Below, one piece after another: positions 20,177-29,905 of a DNA stretch of 64,000 bases. Source of the stretch: an uncultured bacterium (GTDB lineage Bacteria > Gemmatimonadota > Gemmatimonadetes > Gemmatimonadales > Gemmatimonadaceae); contig CAXBQP010000001.1 of assembly GCA_963978095.1 (NCBI GenBank), forward strand, positions 32,001 through 96,000. The letters are read 5' to 3'. Within the stretch, counting starts at the first letter, position 1. The number at the start of each line of letters is the position of its first letter. Under the pieces are notes generated by a model. It was not told where the DNA came from and made no database searches. It saw only the letters and a program-made list of their open reading frames with translations. The translations under genes were made by a program, and so were the position numbers.

Positions 20177-20904
20177 CGGGTGAAGAGCGCCCCGTAGCGT
20201 CGCATGTAGAGGACGAGCGACCAGAGGGTCAGGGCGACGGCGAGAATCATGGACAGCTCACCGACGCTGCCCACGAACTGCGTGACCCATGCCCACGCCT
20301 CTCCCTGCACGAGTTCATGCCGCGCGAACGTGATCACGGCGAAGTGGCAGAAAGCGGCCCCGACCCAGATGTACTGCACGGCCGCCTTCCATTTGGCCGG
20401 GCCGATCGCCGCGATCACCACGCCGCGCCGCTGGGCGAAGGCGCGGAAGCCCGTCATGAACGCCTCGCGGCCCAGGACCACGGCGATCACCCACCACGGG
20501 AGGTACCACGTGCCGAAGAACGAGATGAACGGGAAGCGATGGGCGTGCGTCAGCACACCCGGAATCCCGCCCAGCAGTGAGACGACCGGATCGCCCGGCG
20601 CCGACTGCAGGACGAGGAGGGTGACGCTGGTCGCCACCAGCAGCAGTTTGTCCGCCAGCGGATCGAGCGACTTGCCGAGATCGGTGACGAGCCCGCGCGT
20701 CCGGGCGAGCACGCCGTCGACGTAGTCACTGATGGCGGCGGCCACGTACAGTCCGAACGCCACCGCGCGCCAGGTCGGCGAGTCGATGAAGGGCAGGTAC
20801 GCGATCAACGGCGCGACCGCGATGCGCGTCGCCGTGATCGCGTTGGGAAGATTGAAATCACTTCCCGCCGACCGGGAAGCCGACTCGCGCGACGATTCGC
20901 TCAC
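20173..20904 (-). CDS. pgsA: CDP-alcohol phosphatidyltransferase (PgsA-like)
   Basis: NLPNAITATR; DYVDGVLARTRGLVTDLGKSLDPLADK signature. Confidence 0.85.
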   Translation of the reverse strand: MSESSRESASRSAGSDFNLPNAITATRIAVAPLIAYLPFIDSPTWRAVAFGLYVAAAISDYVDGVLARTRGLVTDLGKSLDPLADKLLLVATSVTLLVLQSAPGDPVVSLLGGIPGVLTHAHRFPFISFFGTWYLPWWVIAVVLGREAFMTGFRAFAQRRGVVIAAIGPAKWKAAVQYIWVGAAFCHFAVITFARHELVQGEAWAWVTQFVGSVGELSMILAVALTLWSLVLYMRRYGALFTR

Positions 20905-20911
20905 GCGACGC

Positions 20912-21589
20912 TCATGCCTGGGCTTTCAGCACGAGCTTGCTGACGGCTTTGAGGGTGTCGAACACTCCATCGCCGGTCACCGCGACGGCTTCGAAGTAAG
21001 GCACCCGCTCCACCCACTCCCCGGTCGGGAGCTGGTGGACGAGCGCTTCGCCGTCATGATACGGATCGGGCGTCACCTGCTGACGCGTCACATCGGTGAT
21101 CTCCCATCCCGGGTTCAGCGCCGCCTGCAGTTGCTGCAGCGATGCCGCATTGGGGAGATCACGTTTGTTGTACTGGATCACGAAGGGGAGCTTCGTGATG
21201 TCATAGCCGTACTCGGCCATGTTGTCGTACAGGTTCTGCATGGCCTCCTGGTTCGCCTCCATCCGATCGATCTGCGAGTCGGCCACGAACACGAGCCCAT
21301 CGACGCCTTTCAGAATCAGTTTCCGCGAGGCGTTGTAGTACACCTGCCCGGGGACCGTGTACAGGTGGAATCGCGTCTTGAATCCCCGGATCGTCCCAAG
21401 GTCCACCGGGAGAAAATCGAAGAACAGCGTGCGTTCCGTCTCGGTCGCGAGCGAGATCAGCTTGCCACGGGTATCCGGCTTCGTCTTGGCATACACATGC
21501 TCGAGATTGGTGGTCTTTCCGCCAAGTCCCGGGCCGTAGTACACGATCTTGCAGTTGATCTCGCGCGACGCATAGTTGATCATCGACAT
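20912..21589 (-). CDS. mglA: MglA-family small GTPase
   Basis: [53 protein letters not shown]. Confidence 0.93.
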   Translation of the reverse strand: MSMINYASREINCKIVYYGPGLGGKTTNLEHVYAKTKPDTRGKLISLATETERTLFFDFLPVDLGTIRGFKTRFHLYTVPGQVYYNASRKLILKGVDGLVFVADSQIDRMEANQEAMQNLYDNMAEYGYDITKLPFVIQYNKRDLPNAASLQQLQAALNPGWEITDVTRQQVTPDPYHDGEALVHQLPTGEWVERVPYFEAVAVTGDGVFDTLKAVSKLVLKAQA

Positions 21590-21600
21590 GGACGCGCCTC

Positions 21601-22086
21601 CTAGCTGAACAGCTGGTCAATCTCGTCGTGGGCGCCCGACAGGATGCTGGGGCGCCCCGGGCCGGAAGCGGCCGATCGCGAGAGAATGGTTTCGAACACA
21701 CGGGTCAACTCGACCACGGAATCCTTGAGCTTGAGTCGAACGAGTCCGAGCGTGGTGCGCTGGTCGAACAGGGCCACGACGATCACCCGCCGCGCGACGT
21801 CGGCCAGCACCATCGACTCCTTCTCCCCCTGATGCACGAGCGTGCTGAACTCGCGCTCCCCCACCAATCGGGCGAGCTGATCGTTGGCGCTGAAATCAGC
21901 GGCGGTCAGCGTGGCGAACGCGGTGGGGTCGAACTCGATGGGTTCGCCCGCCGTCGCCACGAGCTGTCCGGCGCGATCGATCAGCAACACGCATTTCGCC
22001 GAACTCTCCGACAAGAAACGTTCGAGCACGCCGGCGATGTCGGCGGCATCCGCTTCGGTGAACGACCAGCTGCTCGCCCCCGCCAT
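21601..22086 (-). CDS. mglB: MglB-family roadblock/LC7 protein (GAP)
   Basis: [52 protein letters not shown]; adjacent to mglA. Confidence 0.9.
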   Translation of the reverse strand: MAGASSWSFTEADAADIAGVLERFLSESSAKCVLLIDRAGQLVATAGEPIEFDPTAFATLTAADFSANDQLARLVGEREFSTLVHQGEKESMVLADVARRVIVVALFDQRTTLGLVRLKLKDSVVELTRVFETILSRSAASGPGRPSILSGAHDEIDQLFS

Positions 22087-22099
22087 CAGTGCGCTCCGC

Positions 22100-22690
22100 T
22101 CATTGCATGACCCGTCGAGCGGAGATCGCCTGCGCGATCGTGCCGCCATCGGCGTATTCGAGGTCCCCGCCGACGGGGAGCCCACGCGCGAGCCGCGTGA
22201 CACTCACGCCGTAGGGCGCCACCTGTTCCTGCACATAGAGCGCGGTGGCCTCCCCTTCGAGACGCGGGTTGGTCGCGACGATCACCTCGCGAACACCGCC
22301 CGCCGACACCCGCTGCACCAAGGCCATCACGGTGAGATCATCCGGCCCGACACCATCGAGTGGTGACAGCCGTCCGCCGAGCACATGATACACGCCCCGG
22401 TACTCGGCCGTGCGCTCGATGGCGCCGATGTCGCTCGCTTCTTCCACCACGCAGATGATCGACGCATCGCGCCGTGGGTCGGCACAGACCGGGCATACTG
22501 CCGCTTCCGTGAGATTGAAGCACCGTTCGCACGAGCGGACCCGTTCGTGCAGCGTCCCAAGGGCCTTGGAGAGCCGCTGCGCCTGATCCGGCGACTGTTT
22601 GAGCAGATGATAGGTGAGGCGCATCGCCGACTTCCGCCCGATGGTCGGCAGGCGCGACAGTTCCGTGACGAGTTCGTCGATGGCCGACAC
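22100..22690 (-). CDS. recR: Recombination mediator RecR
   Basis: LPTIGRKSAMR, C4 zinc finger, YHVLGGRLSPLDG, EGEATA, GDLEYAD. Confidence 0.96.
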   Translation of the reverse strand: MSAIDELVTELSRLPTIGRKSAMRLTYHLLKQSPDQAQRLSKALGTLHERVRSCERCFNLTEAAVCPVCADPRRDASIICVVEEASDIGAIERTAEYRGVYHVLGGRLSPLDGVGPDDLTVMALVQRVSAGGVREVIVATNPRLEGEATALYVQEQVAPYGVSVTRLARGLPVGGDLEYADGGTIAQAISARRVMQ

Positions 22691-22695
22691 GGCAC

Positions 22696-24414
22696 TCAGT
22701 CCAAGAGCCGGAGATCGAGTGCATCGACCGCGGCATCCAGTATGGGATCACGCTTGCGCAGCATGGCCACCCGATTCGCGATCACATCGTCCGCAGTCAG
22801 CCGCTTCGAGGGCGCGTCTCCCCCCACCCCACGGACCGCGACCTTGGACGCGCCGCTGAATCGCGCGCGGATCGCCGTGAGAATCGCGTCGCCGCCGCTC
22901 TCGAGCGCCTCCACCAAGGCCTCCCCCGTCACCTCGATGGTGACGATGCCCGAGGCCGTGACCGCCATCGGCGCCGACTCGGCGAGCGCACTCGCCACCA
23001 CCACTCGGCCGGACCGGCGCACGGCTTCCACGACATCGTCCCAATGCTCGGACAGCCGATTGATGTCGAGGGGGATCGCGACGGGCGCGGGCGTGCGCTG
23101 ATCCGCCACCGGCGCGACACGGTCGCGCTCCGCCACCGGCGCGGAGGGTGCTGGCACCCGCGCCGACGGCAGGCCAGCATCGGCGAGCACGGCGGGTTCG
23201 CGACGGAGGGCTCCGGCGGTCCCGCGGGATGGTGCGATCTCCGGTGCCTCGCGGCGGGTCCCCCCCCCACCGCTCGACGGCATCCCGTGCACGCCCTTGA
23301 GTACCTCCTCGATCGCAAGCGTCCGGTCGAGCAGTGCGAAGCGCACGAGGAGGGTTTCCATCAACAACTGCTGCTGCCCACTGCGCCGGAAATGCGGCTC
23401 CAGCTCGATCAGGATCGACAACATCCGCAACAGATCGGACGCCTGATACCGCCCCTTCCGGGCGGCCAGTTCGCCACTGAGGTAGTCGGAGATCTCGGGG
23501 ACGCTCCCGCCAAGCACCACCGCGAGTTGCGCGCGCAGCAAGTCCGCGAAACCGGAGAGCAGAAGCCCGAAATCCGCGCCGTAGTCGGCCAGCCGCGCAA
23601 CCGCAGCGAACACGTCGCCCGCCCGCCGTTCGGTGACGAGATCGAGGAGCGCGAGATATTCATCCTCATGCACCAGCCCGAGCGCGTCGCGGACCCCTTG
23701 GGTGGTGACCGTACCGCCGAGCGACAGCACCTGATCGGTCAACGAGAGGGCATCACGCATGGAACCATCGGCCGCCCGGGCGAGCATGCCCAGCGCGTCG
23801 GCTTCCGCACTGATCCCCTCGGCGTTGAGCACAGTGGTCAGGCGCGCGCGCACATCCGCCGGGCCGATGCGCTTGAGATCGAAGCGCTGCACCCGGGAGA
23901 GCACCGGCGCGGCCTGCTGCGCGATCTTCTGCGGCTCCGTCGTCGCGAAGACGAACACCACGCGCGGCGGCGGTTCCTCGAGCACCTTCAACAAGGTGTT
24001 CCACGCTTCCCGCGTGAGCATGTGCGCTTCGTCGATGATGTAGACCTTGTAGTTCTTCTCGCCACTCGGAGCGTAGGCGGCGCGACTCCGCAGGTCGCGC
24101 GCATCATCGACGCCGCGATTCGATGCGGCGTCGATCTCCACCACATCCATGGAGGTGTGACCGCCCCAGATGCGCGTGCAGGGCTCACACGCGCCGCACG
24201 GCTCGAAGTCCGCGGATCGATTCTCGCAGTTGAGCGCCATGGCGAGGACGCGGGCGAGCGTCGTCTTGCCGGTCCCGCGCGGACCACAGAACAAATACGC
24301 TTGCGCCACCCGATCGCTGCCAATCGCATTGCGCAACGTCGACGCCACGTGCGACTGGACCGCCACATCGGCGAATCGGCGAGGCCGGTACTTGCGGGCA
24401 AGGGCGAGCGACAT
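22696..24414 (-). CDS. dnaX: DNA polymerase III subunit gamma/tau
   Basis: LARKYRP, GPRGTGKTT, EIDAASNRG, IIDEAHML, KVLEEPP, GSMRDALS. Confidence 0.96.
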   Translation of the reverse strand: MSLALARKYRPRRFADVAVQSHVASTLRNAIGSDRVAQAYLFCGPRGTGKTTLARVLAMALNCENRSADFEPCGACEPCTRIWGGHTSMDVVEIDAASNRGVDDARDLRSRAAYAPSGEKNYKVYIIDEAHMLTREAWNTLLKVLEEPPPRVVFVFATTEPQKIAQQAAPVLSRVQRFDLKRIGPADVRARLTTVLNAEGISAEADALGMLARAADGSMRDALSLTDQVLSLGGTVTTQGVRDALGLVHEDEYLALLDLVTERRAGDVFAAVARLADYGADFGLLLSGFADLLRAQLAVVLGGSVPEISDYLSGELAARKGRYQASDLLRMLSILIELEPHFRRSGQQQLLMETLLVRFALLDRTLAIEEVLKGVHGMPSSGGGGTRREAPEIAPSRGTAGALRREPAVLADAGLPSARVPAPSAPVAERDRVAPVADQRTPAPVAIPLDINRLSEHWDDVVEAVRRSGRVVVASALAESAPMAVTASGIVTIEVTGEALVEALESGGDAILTAIRARFSGASKVAVRGVGGDAPSKRLTADDVIANRVAMLRKRDPILDAAVDALDLRLLD

Positions 24415-24467
24415 ACCCGCAATTTACTCCACGCGGTCCGTGGGGGTCAGTGCCGCCCCGCACGCAG

Positions 24468-24505
24468 CGCGGGGGGCGCCCGGTCGTCCCGGAACACCCC
24501 CCGCG
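24468..24505 (-). terminator. GC-rich hairpin immediately 3' of the SRP RNA
   Basis: CGCGGGGGGTGT...GCGCCCCCCGCG on the minus strand. Confidence 0.5.
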
Positions 24506-24509
24506 CCAG

Positions 24510-24608
24510 TGCTCCAGGCCTTACGAAGCGAGGCAAGACACCACGTACCGTTGCTACCTTTCGGTCCTGGCGGAGTTGGCGGGCCGGCAACCTTCGGGGC
24601 CTGAAGCC
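24510..24608 (-). ncRNA. ffs: Small bacterial SRP RNA (4.5S)
   Basis: Minus strand has the domain IV core CCGCCAGGACC-GAAA-GGTAGCAACGG; ends pair (GCTTCAGGCC / GGCCTGGAGC); TATCTT -10 at 24614-24619; typical position upstream of dnaX. Confidence 0.9.
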
Positions 24609-24634
24609 CATAGAAGATAGCCCGGCGCCCGGCC

Positions 24635-25051
24635 CTACGGTAGCGGCACTGTCATCATGGTGCCCTGCATTTCGAGCACGGGCTTCTCGTCGCCACCGGC
24701 GCTCACGCCAAACACCGTGGCGCGGCACACCGAAAGGGTGCGCCCAGCCCGGATGACCTGCCCCCGCGCGACGAGGCTCGACCCCACCGCCGGGGACAAC
24801 AAGTTGACCTTGAACTCCACGCTGAGCACATCCGCGTCATCGGGCATCAGCGACAGGGCCGCGTAACCGCAGGCGCTGTCCGCGATCGCCGTGGACACCC
24901 CCGCATGCACAAAGCCGTTCTGCTGGAGGAGCGCGCCCTGGATCGGCAACAGGATCTCCACCTCGCCCGGGGCCATGCGTCCCAGCGACGCACCGAGGGT
25001 CCCCATGAACGCCTGCCGCGAGAAGCTCGCGCGAATGCGGGCTTCGTTCAT
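24635..25051 (-). CDS. PaaI family thioesterase
   Basis: QQNGFVHAGV..IADSACG, EFKVNLLSPA, AGRTLSV. Confidence 0.9.
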   Translation of the reverse strand: MNEARIRASFSRQAFMGTLGASLGRMAPGEVEILLPIQGALLQQNGFVHAGVSTAIADSACGYAALSLMPDDADVLSVEFKVNLLSPAVGSSLVARGQVIRAGRTLSVCRATVFGVSAGGDEKPVLEMQGTMMTVPLP

Positions 25052-25419
25052 CCCCGGGCGACCGGCGCCTGCGCCTCGTTCCACGCCCGCCACCCGCCGG
25101 CCATCGACGTCACGTTCGTGTAGCCCATCCGCTGCAACACATCGGCCGAGAGCGCCGATCGGAAGCCGCCACCACAATACAGGATGAGTTCGGTGCCCTT
25201 ATCCGGCACGAGCCCCTCGATGTCCCGCTCGATCACTCCCTTTCCGATGTGCACGGCACCGGCGGCGTGGCCGGCCTCCCATTCGCGGTCCTCGCGGACG
25301 TCGACCAGCATCGCCGCCGGCCGCGCGGCGAGCCGTGCCTGCGTCTCGGCGACGCTCACTTCACGCACCCGCGACTTGGCATCGTCAACGATCGCGAGGA
25401 ATCCTGGGGCATGCTGCAT
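25048..25419 (-). CDS. Rhodanese-like domain protein
   Basis: VDVRED.EW.AGH, YCGGGFRS, SMAGGWRAW. Confidence 0.92.
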   Translation of the reverse strand: MQHAPGFLAIVDDAKSRVREVSVAETQARLAARPAAMLVDVREDREWEAGHAAGAVHIGKGVIERDIEGLVPDKGTELILYCGGGFRSALSADVLQRMGYTNVTSMAGGWRAWNEAQAPVARG

Positions 25420-25440
25420 ATCAGTTCTCCGGAGTCAGGG

Positions 25441-26478
25441 TCAGGACGCGATGCCACGCACCAGCGCATGCACCACATCGCGGATGGTCGTGGCGGCGTA
25501 TTCCACTTCGGCAGACGACGCATCCAAGTGCGTCACGCACCGTACCCGCTGGGGGAGCCAGGTCGAGACACGCACACCGCGCTCCCGTGCCCCAGCGGCC
25601 ACTTGCGCCGAGGTCACGCCGGCCGGCAAGTCGATCATCACGATGTTCGTGTCAGGGGCGACCACCGCCACGCCGGGAACCTCCGCAATGATCGCCGCGA
25701 GACGCCGGGCGTTCGCGTGGTCCTCGCTCAATCGACCGAGGTGGTTTCGCAGACCGTAGAGTGCCCCGGCCGCGATGATGCCGGACTGCCGCATCCCCCC
25801 GCCGAGGCGTTTGCGCGCGTCCCATGCCTCGTCGATGTACGCCGCAGACCCCGCCAGCGCCGCACCCACGGGCGCGCCGAGTCCCTTGGAGTACGCGACC
25901 ATGGTCAGATCGGCCGACGCGGTGAAGCGCGCCAGCGGTACATCCAGTGCCGCGGCCGCGTTCCAGAGTCGGGCACCGTCCAAGTGGACGTTGAGCTTCG
26001 CTCGCCGAGCCACGGCGGCGATCGCCGCGAGCTCGTCCGGCGGCGTGACCATCCCTCCTGCACCGTTGAACGTGTTCTCGACACACATCAGCGTGGCCCG
26101 CGGTGAGTCCGGACTCGGCGACCGGATCGCGGCGGTCACGAGCTCCGCCGTCACACGCGGGGCCCCTCGCATCATGCGCGGTTGGACACCCGCGAACTGC
26201 GCGGCACCGGCCATCTCGTAGTTCACGATATGCGAATCCTCGTGCACGAAGATCTCCGTCCCCGGGCGGGTGAGCACCATCACCGCCGCTTGGTTCGCCA
26301 TCGTCCCCGTGGGAAAGAAGAGGGCGCGTGCCGTGCCCAGCGCCTCGGCGGTGGCGTCTTCGAGCGCACGGACCGTCGGATCTCCGTCAAGGACGTCGTC
26401 CCCGACTTCGGCGTCAGCCATCGCGCGACGCATCGCCGGCCCGGGACGCGTGACCGTATCGCTGCGCAGATCAATCAT
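25441..26478 (-). CDS. ltaE: Low-specificity L-threonine aldolase
   Basis: IDLRSDTVTRP, GTMANQ, HLDGARLWNA, SKGLGAPVG, GGGMRQSG. Confidence 0.9.
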   Translation of the reverse strand: MIDLRSDTVTRPGPAMRRAMADAEVGDDVLDGDPTVRALEDATAEALGTARALFFPTGTMANQAAVMVLTRPGTEIFVHEDSHIVNYEMAGAAQFAGVQPRMMRGAPRVTAELVTAAIRSPSPDSPRATLMCVENTFNGAGGMVTPPDELAAIAAVARRAKLNVHLDGARLWNAAAALDVPLARFTASADLTMVAYSKGLGAPVGAALAGSAAYIDEAWDARKRLGGGMRQSGIIAAGALYGLRNHLGRLSEDHANARRLAAIIAEVPGVAVVAPDTNIVMIDLPAGVTSAQVAAGARERGVRVSTWLPQRVRCVTHLDASSAEVEYAATTIRDVVHALVRGIAS

Positions 26479-27428
26479 TGCGGAATCTTCCATGGCGCGG
26501 TTCGGGAGAGCTTCTCCGCCAGGCGGCGTTCGTGCACCTGCGAGATGAGCCCACCAAACGTGAAGACGAGGGCGGCATAGTACACCCAGAACACCACGAC
26601 CACGACGGCCGACAATGTCCCCGTGTAGAACGAGCCGGGATTGAACCGATGCACGAGCGTGGTGAAGGCCGCGCGCGCCAGTTCGAACAGTATGGCGCTG
26701 CTCGCGGCGGCGATCGCCGCCTGCTCCCGCCGGACCGGGCGCTTCGGCAACAACTTGAAAATCGCGAAGAATACGCCGCCCAGCACCACGAACGCGATCA
26801 CGCGTCCGACGATGTACATCACGGGGCGCATGATCGCGGGATCATGCACGCCGAAGTGCGAAAGCGCCTGCACCGAGCTGCTGCGGGCGATGGCCAGGAA
26901 CGCGCTGAGCGCCACCCACCCCACGATCAACACCGTCGCGGCGAGCGTGGCCTGGATGTCCACCAACTTCCCGATGATGAAGTTGCGGCGTTCGGGATCT
27001 TCGAAGACACGAGTCAGCACGATCCGCATGGACGCGAACAGCCGCGCCGAGAACCAGACGAACGCGATCGCGCCGACAAGGCCGGCGGAACCGCGCGTGC
27101 GCACGACTTCGTGCAACACCGGGTCGAGCAGCGTGCCTTTCCCACTGAAGGTGGCGGGCATGAGTTCCGCGAGGAACTCGGTGACCGCCGTGATGGATGC
27201 TTCCTCGGACTTGCGGAGCACATACCCCAGTCCGGAGGCGAGCAGCAGGAAGAACGGCACGCCGGCGAGCACGATGTCGAAGGCGATCCCCCCGGCGAGG
27301 AAGAACAGTGAGTCCTCTTCCGCCTTCTCGAGGATCCGCCGGAGGTAATCGGCGATGATCCCCGAGAACGACTCGTCGATGTCGTGACTCCCGCTCGATT
27401 TGGCGTGCGACCGACCCGACGTACTCAC
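26475..27428 (-). CDS. YihY/virulence factor BrkB family membrane protein
   Basis: AGGIAF..VLAGVPF, YTGTLSAVVVVVFWVYY; multiple TMs. Confidence 0.85.
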   Translation of the reverse strand: MSTSGRSHAKSSGSHDIDESFSGIIADYLRRILEKAEEDSLFFLAGGIAFDIVLAGVPFFLLLASGLGYVLRKSEEASITAVTEFLAELMPATFSGKGTLLDPVLHEVVRTRGSAGLVGAIAFVWFSARLFASMRIVLTRVFEDPERRNFIIGKLVDIQATLAATVLIVGWVALSAFLAIARSSSVQALSHFGVHDPAIMRPVMYIVGRVIAFVVLGGVFFAIFKLLPKRPVRREQAAIAAASSAILFELARAAFTTLVHRFNPGSFYTGTLSAVVVVVFWVYYAALVFTFGGLISQVHERRLAEKLSRTAPWKIPQ

Positions 27429-27429
27429 G

Positions 27430-28329
27430 CTACTGCTCGACGACGATCAGGAACTTCGAGGCCGCCCAGAACTTGTCCGCGTTGACGATACGGAGTCCGC
27501 CCGTGATCCGGCCATCCGGGCCCGGGGGCGTGTCGAGCGCCTCGACAGCCTGGCGCGACACGATGCGATACGGCTTTGCCGTCGGGAACGGGATCTGCAC
27601 CAACGTCGTGCGGTCCGCCAGCGTGAACGCGGCCACATCGGGATCGCGCACCGGCACGATCGTCTTGCCGAAGCCAAGGACGCCGCCGCTGAGCTCCACC
27701 AGGTGACGCTTCACCAAGTCGTCGCGCGTCCCGATCACGTAGTAGACCTTGTTCCGCTCGGCGACGAGCGCGGCGACGTTCTCGGTGAGCTGGACGTTCT
27801 CCCCGGCGAGCTGCGACTTCTCCGCTTTGAGCGACGCATTCTCGGCCTGCAACGTGTTCACCTGCTCCGTCAACGCTTCGATCTGCGACCGCTGGTTGCC
27901 GATGATGCTCTGGAACCCGGCGATGGTCGAGTCGTAGGCCGTCACCTGCGCCACGAGCGCCGTGTTGCCGGCCGTGAGCTCCTTCACGCGGGCACGTGAT
28001 GCGGCGAGTTTGGATTCATTCTCCACGAGACGCCTGGACAGCTCGGTGATCTTCGCGCGGATCGCCTCGCGTTGCTGCTCGGGGGAGAGCGTGTTCTCGA
28101 CATCGCCGCGCTTGCCGGCGACCGGTACGGCACCGCCGGGCGCACGCACCTTGGCGAGATCGCTGTTCACATCCGCGATGAACTGCGACGTGGCCATCAC
28201 ATCGCGCAGGAGCGAGTCCTTTTCCGCCGAGATCTGCTGGACCTGCTTCAGGGTCCGCTCGAGCTGCGGCTTGGATCGGTCGCAGGCGGCCAGTGCCACC
28301 GCCACGACCAGCACGATGCGTCGGCGCAT
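27430..28329 (-). CDS. Coiled-coil lipoprotein with a C-terminal domain resembling Cbp1-type adhesins
   Basis: Lipobox LAAC, long heptad region, NKVYYVIGT..GGVLGFGK..KFWAASKFLIVV. Confidence 0.6.
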   Translation of the reverse strand: MRRRIVLVVAVALAACDRSKPQLERTLKQVQQISAEKDSLLRDVMATSQFIADVNSDLAKVRAPGGAVPVAGKRGDVENTLSPEQQREAIRAKITELSRRLVENESKLAASRARVKELTAGNTALVAQVTAYDSTIAGFQSIIGNQRSQIEALTEQVNTLQAENASLKAEKSQLAGENVQLTENVAALVAERNKVYYVIGTRDDLVKRHLVELSGGVLGFGKTIVPVRDPDVAAFTLADRTTLVQIPFPTAKPYRIVSRQAVEALDTPPGPDGRITGGLRIVNADKFWAASKFLIVVEQ

Positions 28330-29751
28330 TTACTCTCCCGCGTCTGGGTCGTCCGGTGCCGCGGTGATGCCCGCCGCGTCTGCGGAGGGCGCCGGCCGAT
28401 GCAGGGGCGACACGTGGACGTACCGCTCGACGTGGGCGGTCGTTCCCCCGATCGCAAGCTGCGTGAAGAGGAACTCGAACTTCGCGTCATACGCGGCCGC
28501 CAGGCGGGCGGTAGTGTCCGCCGGCAGCGACCAGAGCTGACGCTTGAACGGTCCGAGCGCCTTCTTGCGCGTCTTGTAGAAGAACTGCTCGTCCGTGTCC
28601 TTGGGCTTGCGTTCGTCGGCGGCGTTGGTCGTCAGCCAGGCGTACATCTCGTCGCGCAGGGCGGCGGGGAGATGGTCGTACAGCATGTTCTGGAAGCCGG
28701 TGGCCAGATGGATCTCCGACGTCTCGGTGCGCGGAAAATGGTGGAACGCCGAGTCGGGGAGCGTGGAGGCGCCGTGCTGCACGGCGCCCGAGAGGCCGTA
28801 CTCCGTTCGCGCCGCCTCGCCGAGCGCGCGCAACGTTTCGAGGTCGATCTGCACATCGGCAATCGACCCGTCCGCGAGCACGATGCCGCCGTGCGACGTC
28901 CCACTTTGCACGCTGATCTTCGACAATCCGACCATGCCCGGCGCCTGCGCGGCGAGCGTGTTCCGATATCCATCCATGAAGGCGCGAAGTTCGGGGACGG
29001 TGGAGTTCTCCGTCCCGACCTCCCCGATCTCGCCGCCGAGCGAGATGGTGACGCCCGCGGGCTCGAGTGCGCGGACGTGGCGCGTGATGTCCACGCCGAC
29101 CTCGTAGTTCAGCCGCTGCTGGTCGGCGAGCGTTCCCTGCGACAGATCGACCAGCGTCGACGTGTCGATGTCGATGTTGTAGAACCCCGCGGCGATGGCT
29201 TCCAGCGCGAGTTGCTTGACGTTGCCGACCTCGCCCGCCGCGTCGACGGCGTACTTCTTGGCGTTGACCTGAAAGTGATCACCCTGGATGAACACAGGAC
29301 CACGGAACCCTTCACGCAAAGCCGCGGCGAGCATGACCGCCACATACTCGGCGGGTCGCTGCTCGGTATAGGCGATCTCCGAGCGCGCGATCTCGAGCAG
29401 GAAGGCCCCCGCGTTCATCTTGATCGCCGTGCGGAAAATCGCGCGGGCGGTGTCGTACGACGCACCGCGCACATTGATGGCGGGGACGGTGAACCCCGAG
29501 ATCTCCCCGCGCCCGCGCGCCATGTACAAATCATGGATCGATGCCGAGCGCACGCCGACCGCTTGGCCGATCTCCCAGATCGCCCACCGCGCCCAGTCCT
29601 TCTCCTCGGTGCTTGCACCGAACACGGCCAGCCGGACCAGTTCGTCCATGCGAGCCGACGCGAGTTGGGCTGGGTCCCCCAGGGTCACGGTACTCCCGTG
29701 GATTGACGCGGCAGGGCCGAGGATGCGGTTGAGCGTGTCGTGATGGGACAT
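28330..29751 (-). CDS. fba: Class II fructose-bisphosphate aldolase family protein
   Basis: FTVPAIN, QGDHFQ, GEIGEVG, GTSHGG, VQHGAS metal-ligand motifs. Confidence 0.85.
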   Translation of the reverse strand: MSHHDTLNRILGPAASIHGSTVTLGDPAQLASARMDELVRLAVFGASTEEKDWARWAIWEIGQAVGVRSASIHDLYMARGRGEISGFTVPAINVRGASYDTARAIFRTAIKMNAGAFLLEIARSEIAYTEQRPAEYVAVMLAAALREGFRGPVFIQGDHFQVNAKKYAVDAAGEVGNVKQLALEAIAAGFYNIDIDTSTLVDLSQGTLADQQRLNYEVGVDITRHVRALEPAGVTISLGGEIGEVGTENSTVPELRAFMDGYRNTLAAQAPGMVGLSKISVQSGTSHGGIVLADGSIADVQIDLETLRALGEAARTEYGLSGAVQHGASTLPDSAFHHFPRTETSEIHLATGFQNMLYDHLPAALRDEMYAWLTTNAADERKPKDTDEQFFYKTRKKALGPFKRQLWSLPADTTARLAAAYDAKFEFLFTQLAIGGTTAHVERYVHVSPLHRPAPSADAAGITAAPDDPDAGE

Positions 29752-29905
29752 CGAAGACGTTCGCGATAGGAGGAGGAAACACGCCCGCCGCGGTGGCGGC
29801 GAGAACAGGCGGCGGCGTGCGGAGACGGCGGAGGGAGCGCGGGCCCTCGAGCGTGAACTCGCGGGCGCGGACGTCAGGGTAATTTGCCGCCTTCTCGGGG
29901 CTGAA

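Noticed and set aside
23260..23268. G9 run in dnaX near the gamma/tau boundary as a slippage or frameshift site
   Set aside because: Neither shifted frame stops soon (stops at 22929 and 22748). A G8 run also occurs at 7786-7793, and known dnaX slippage sites are A-rich.
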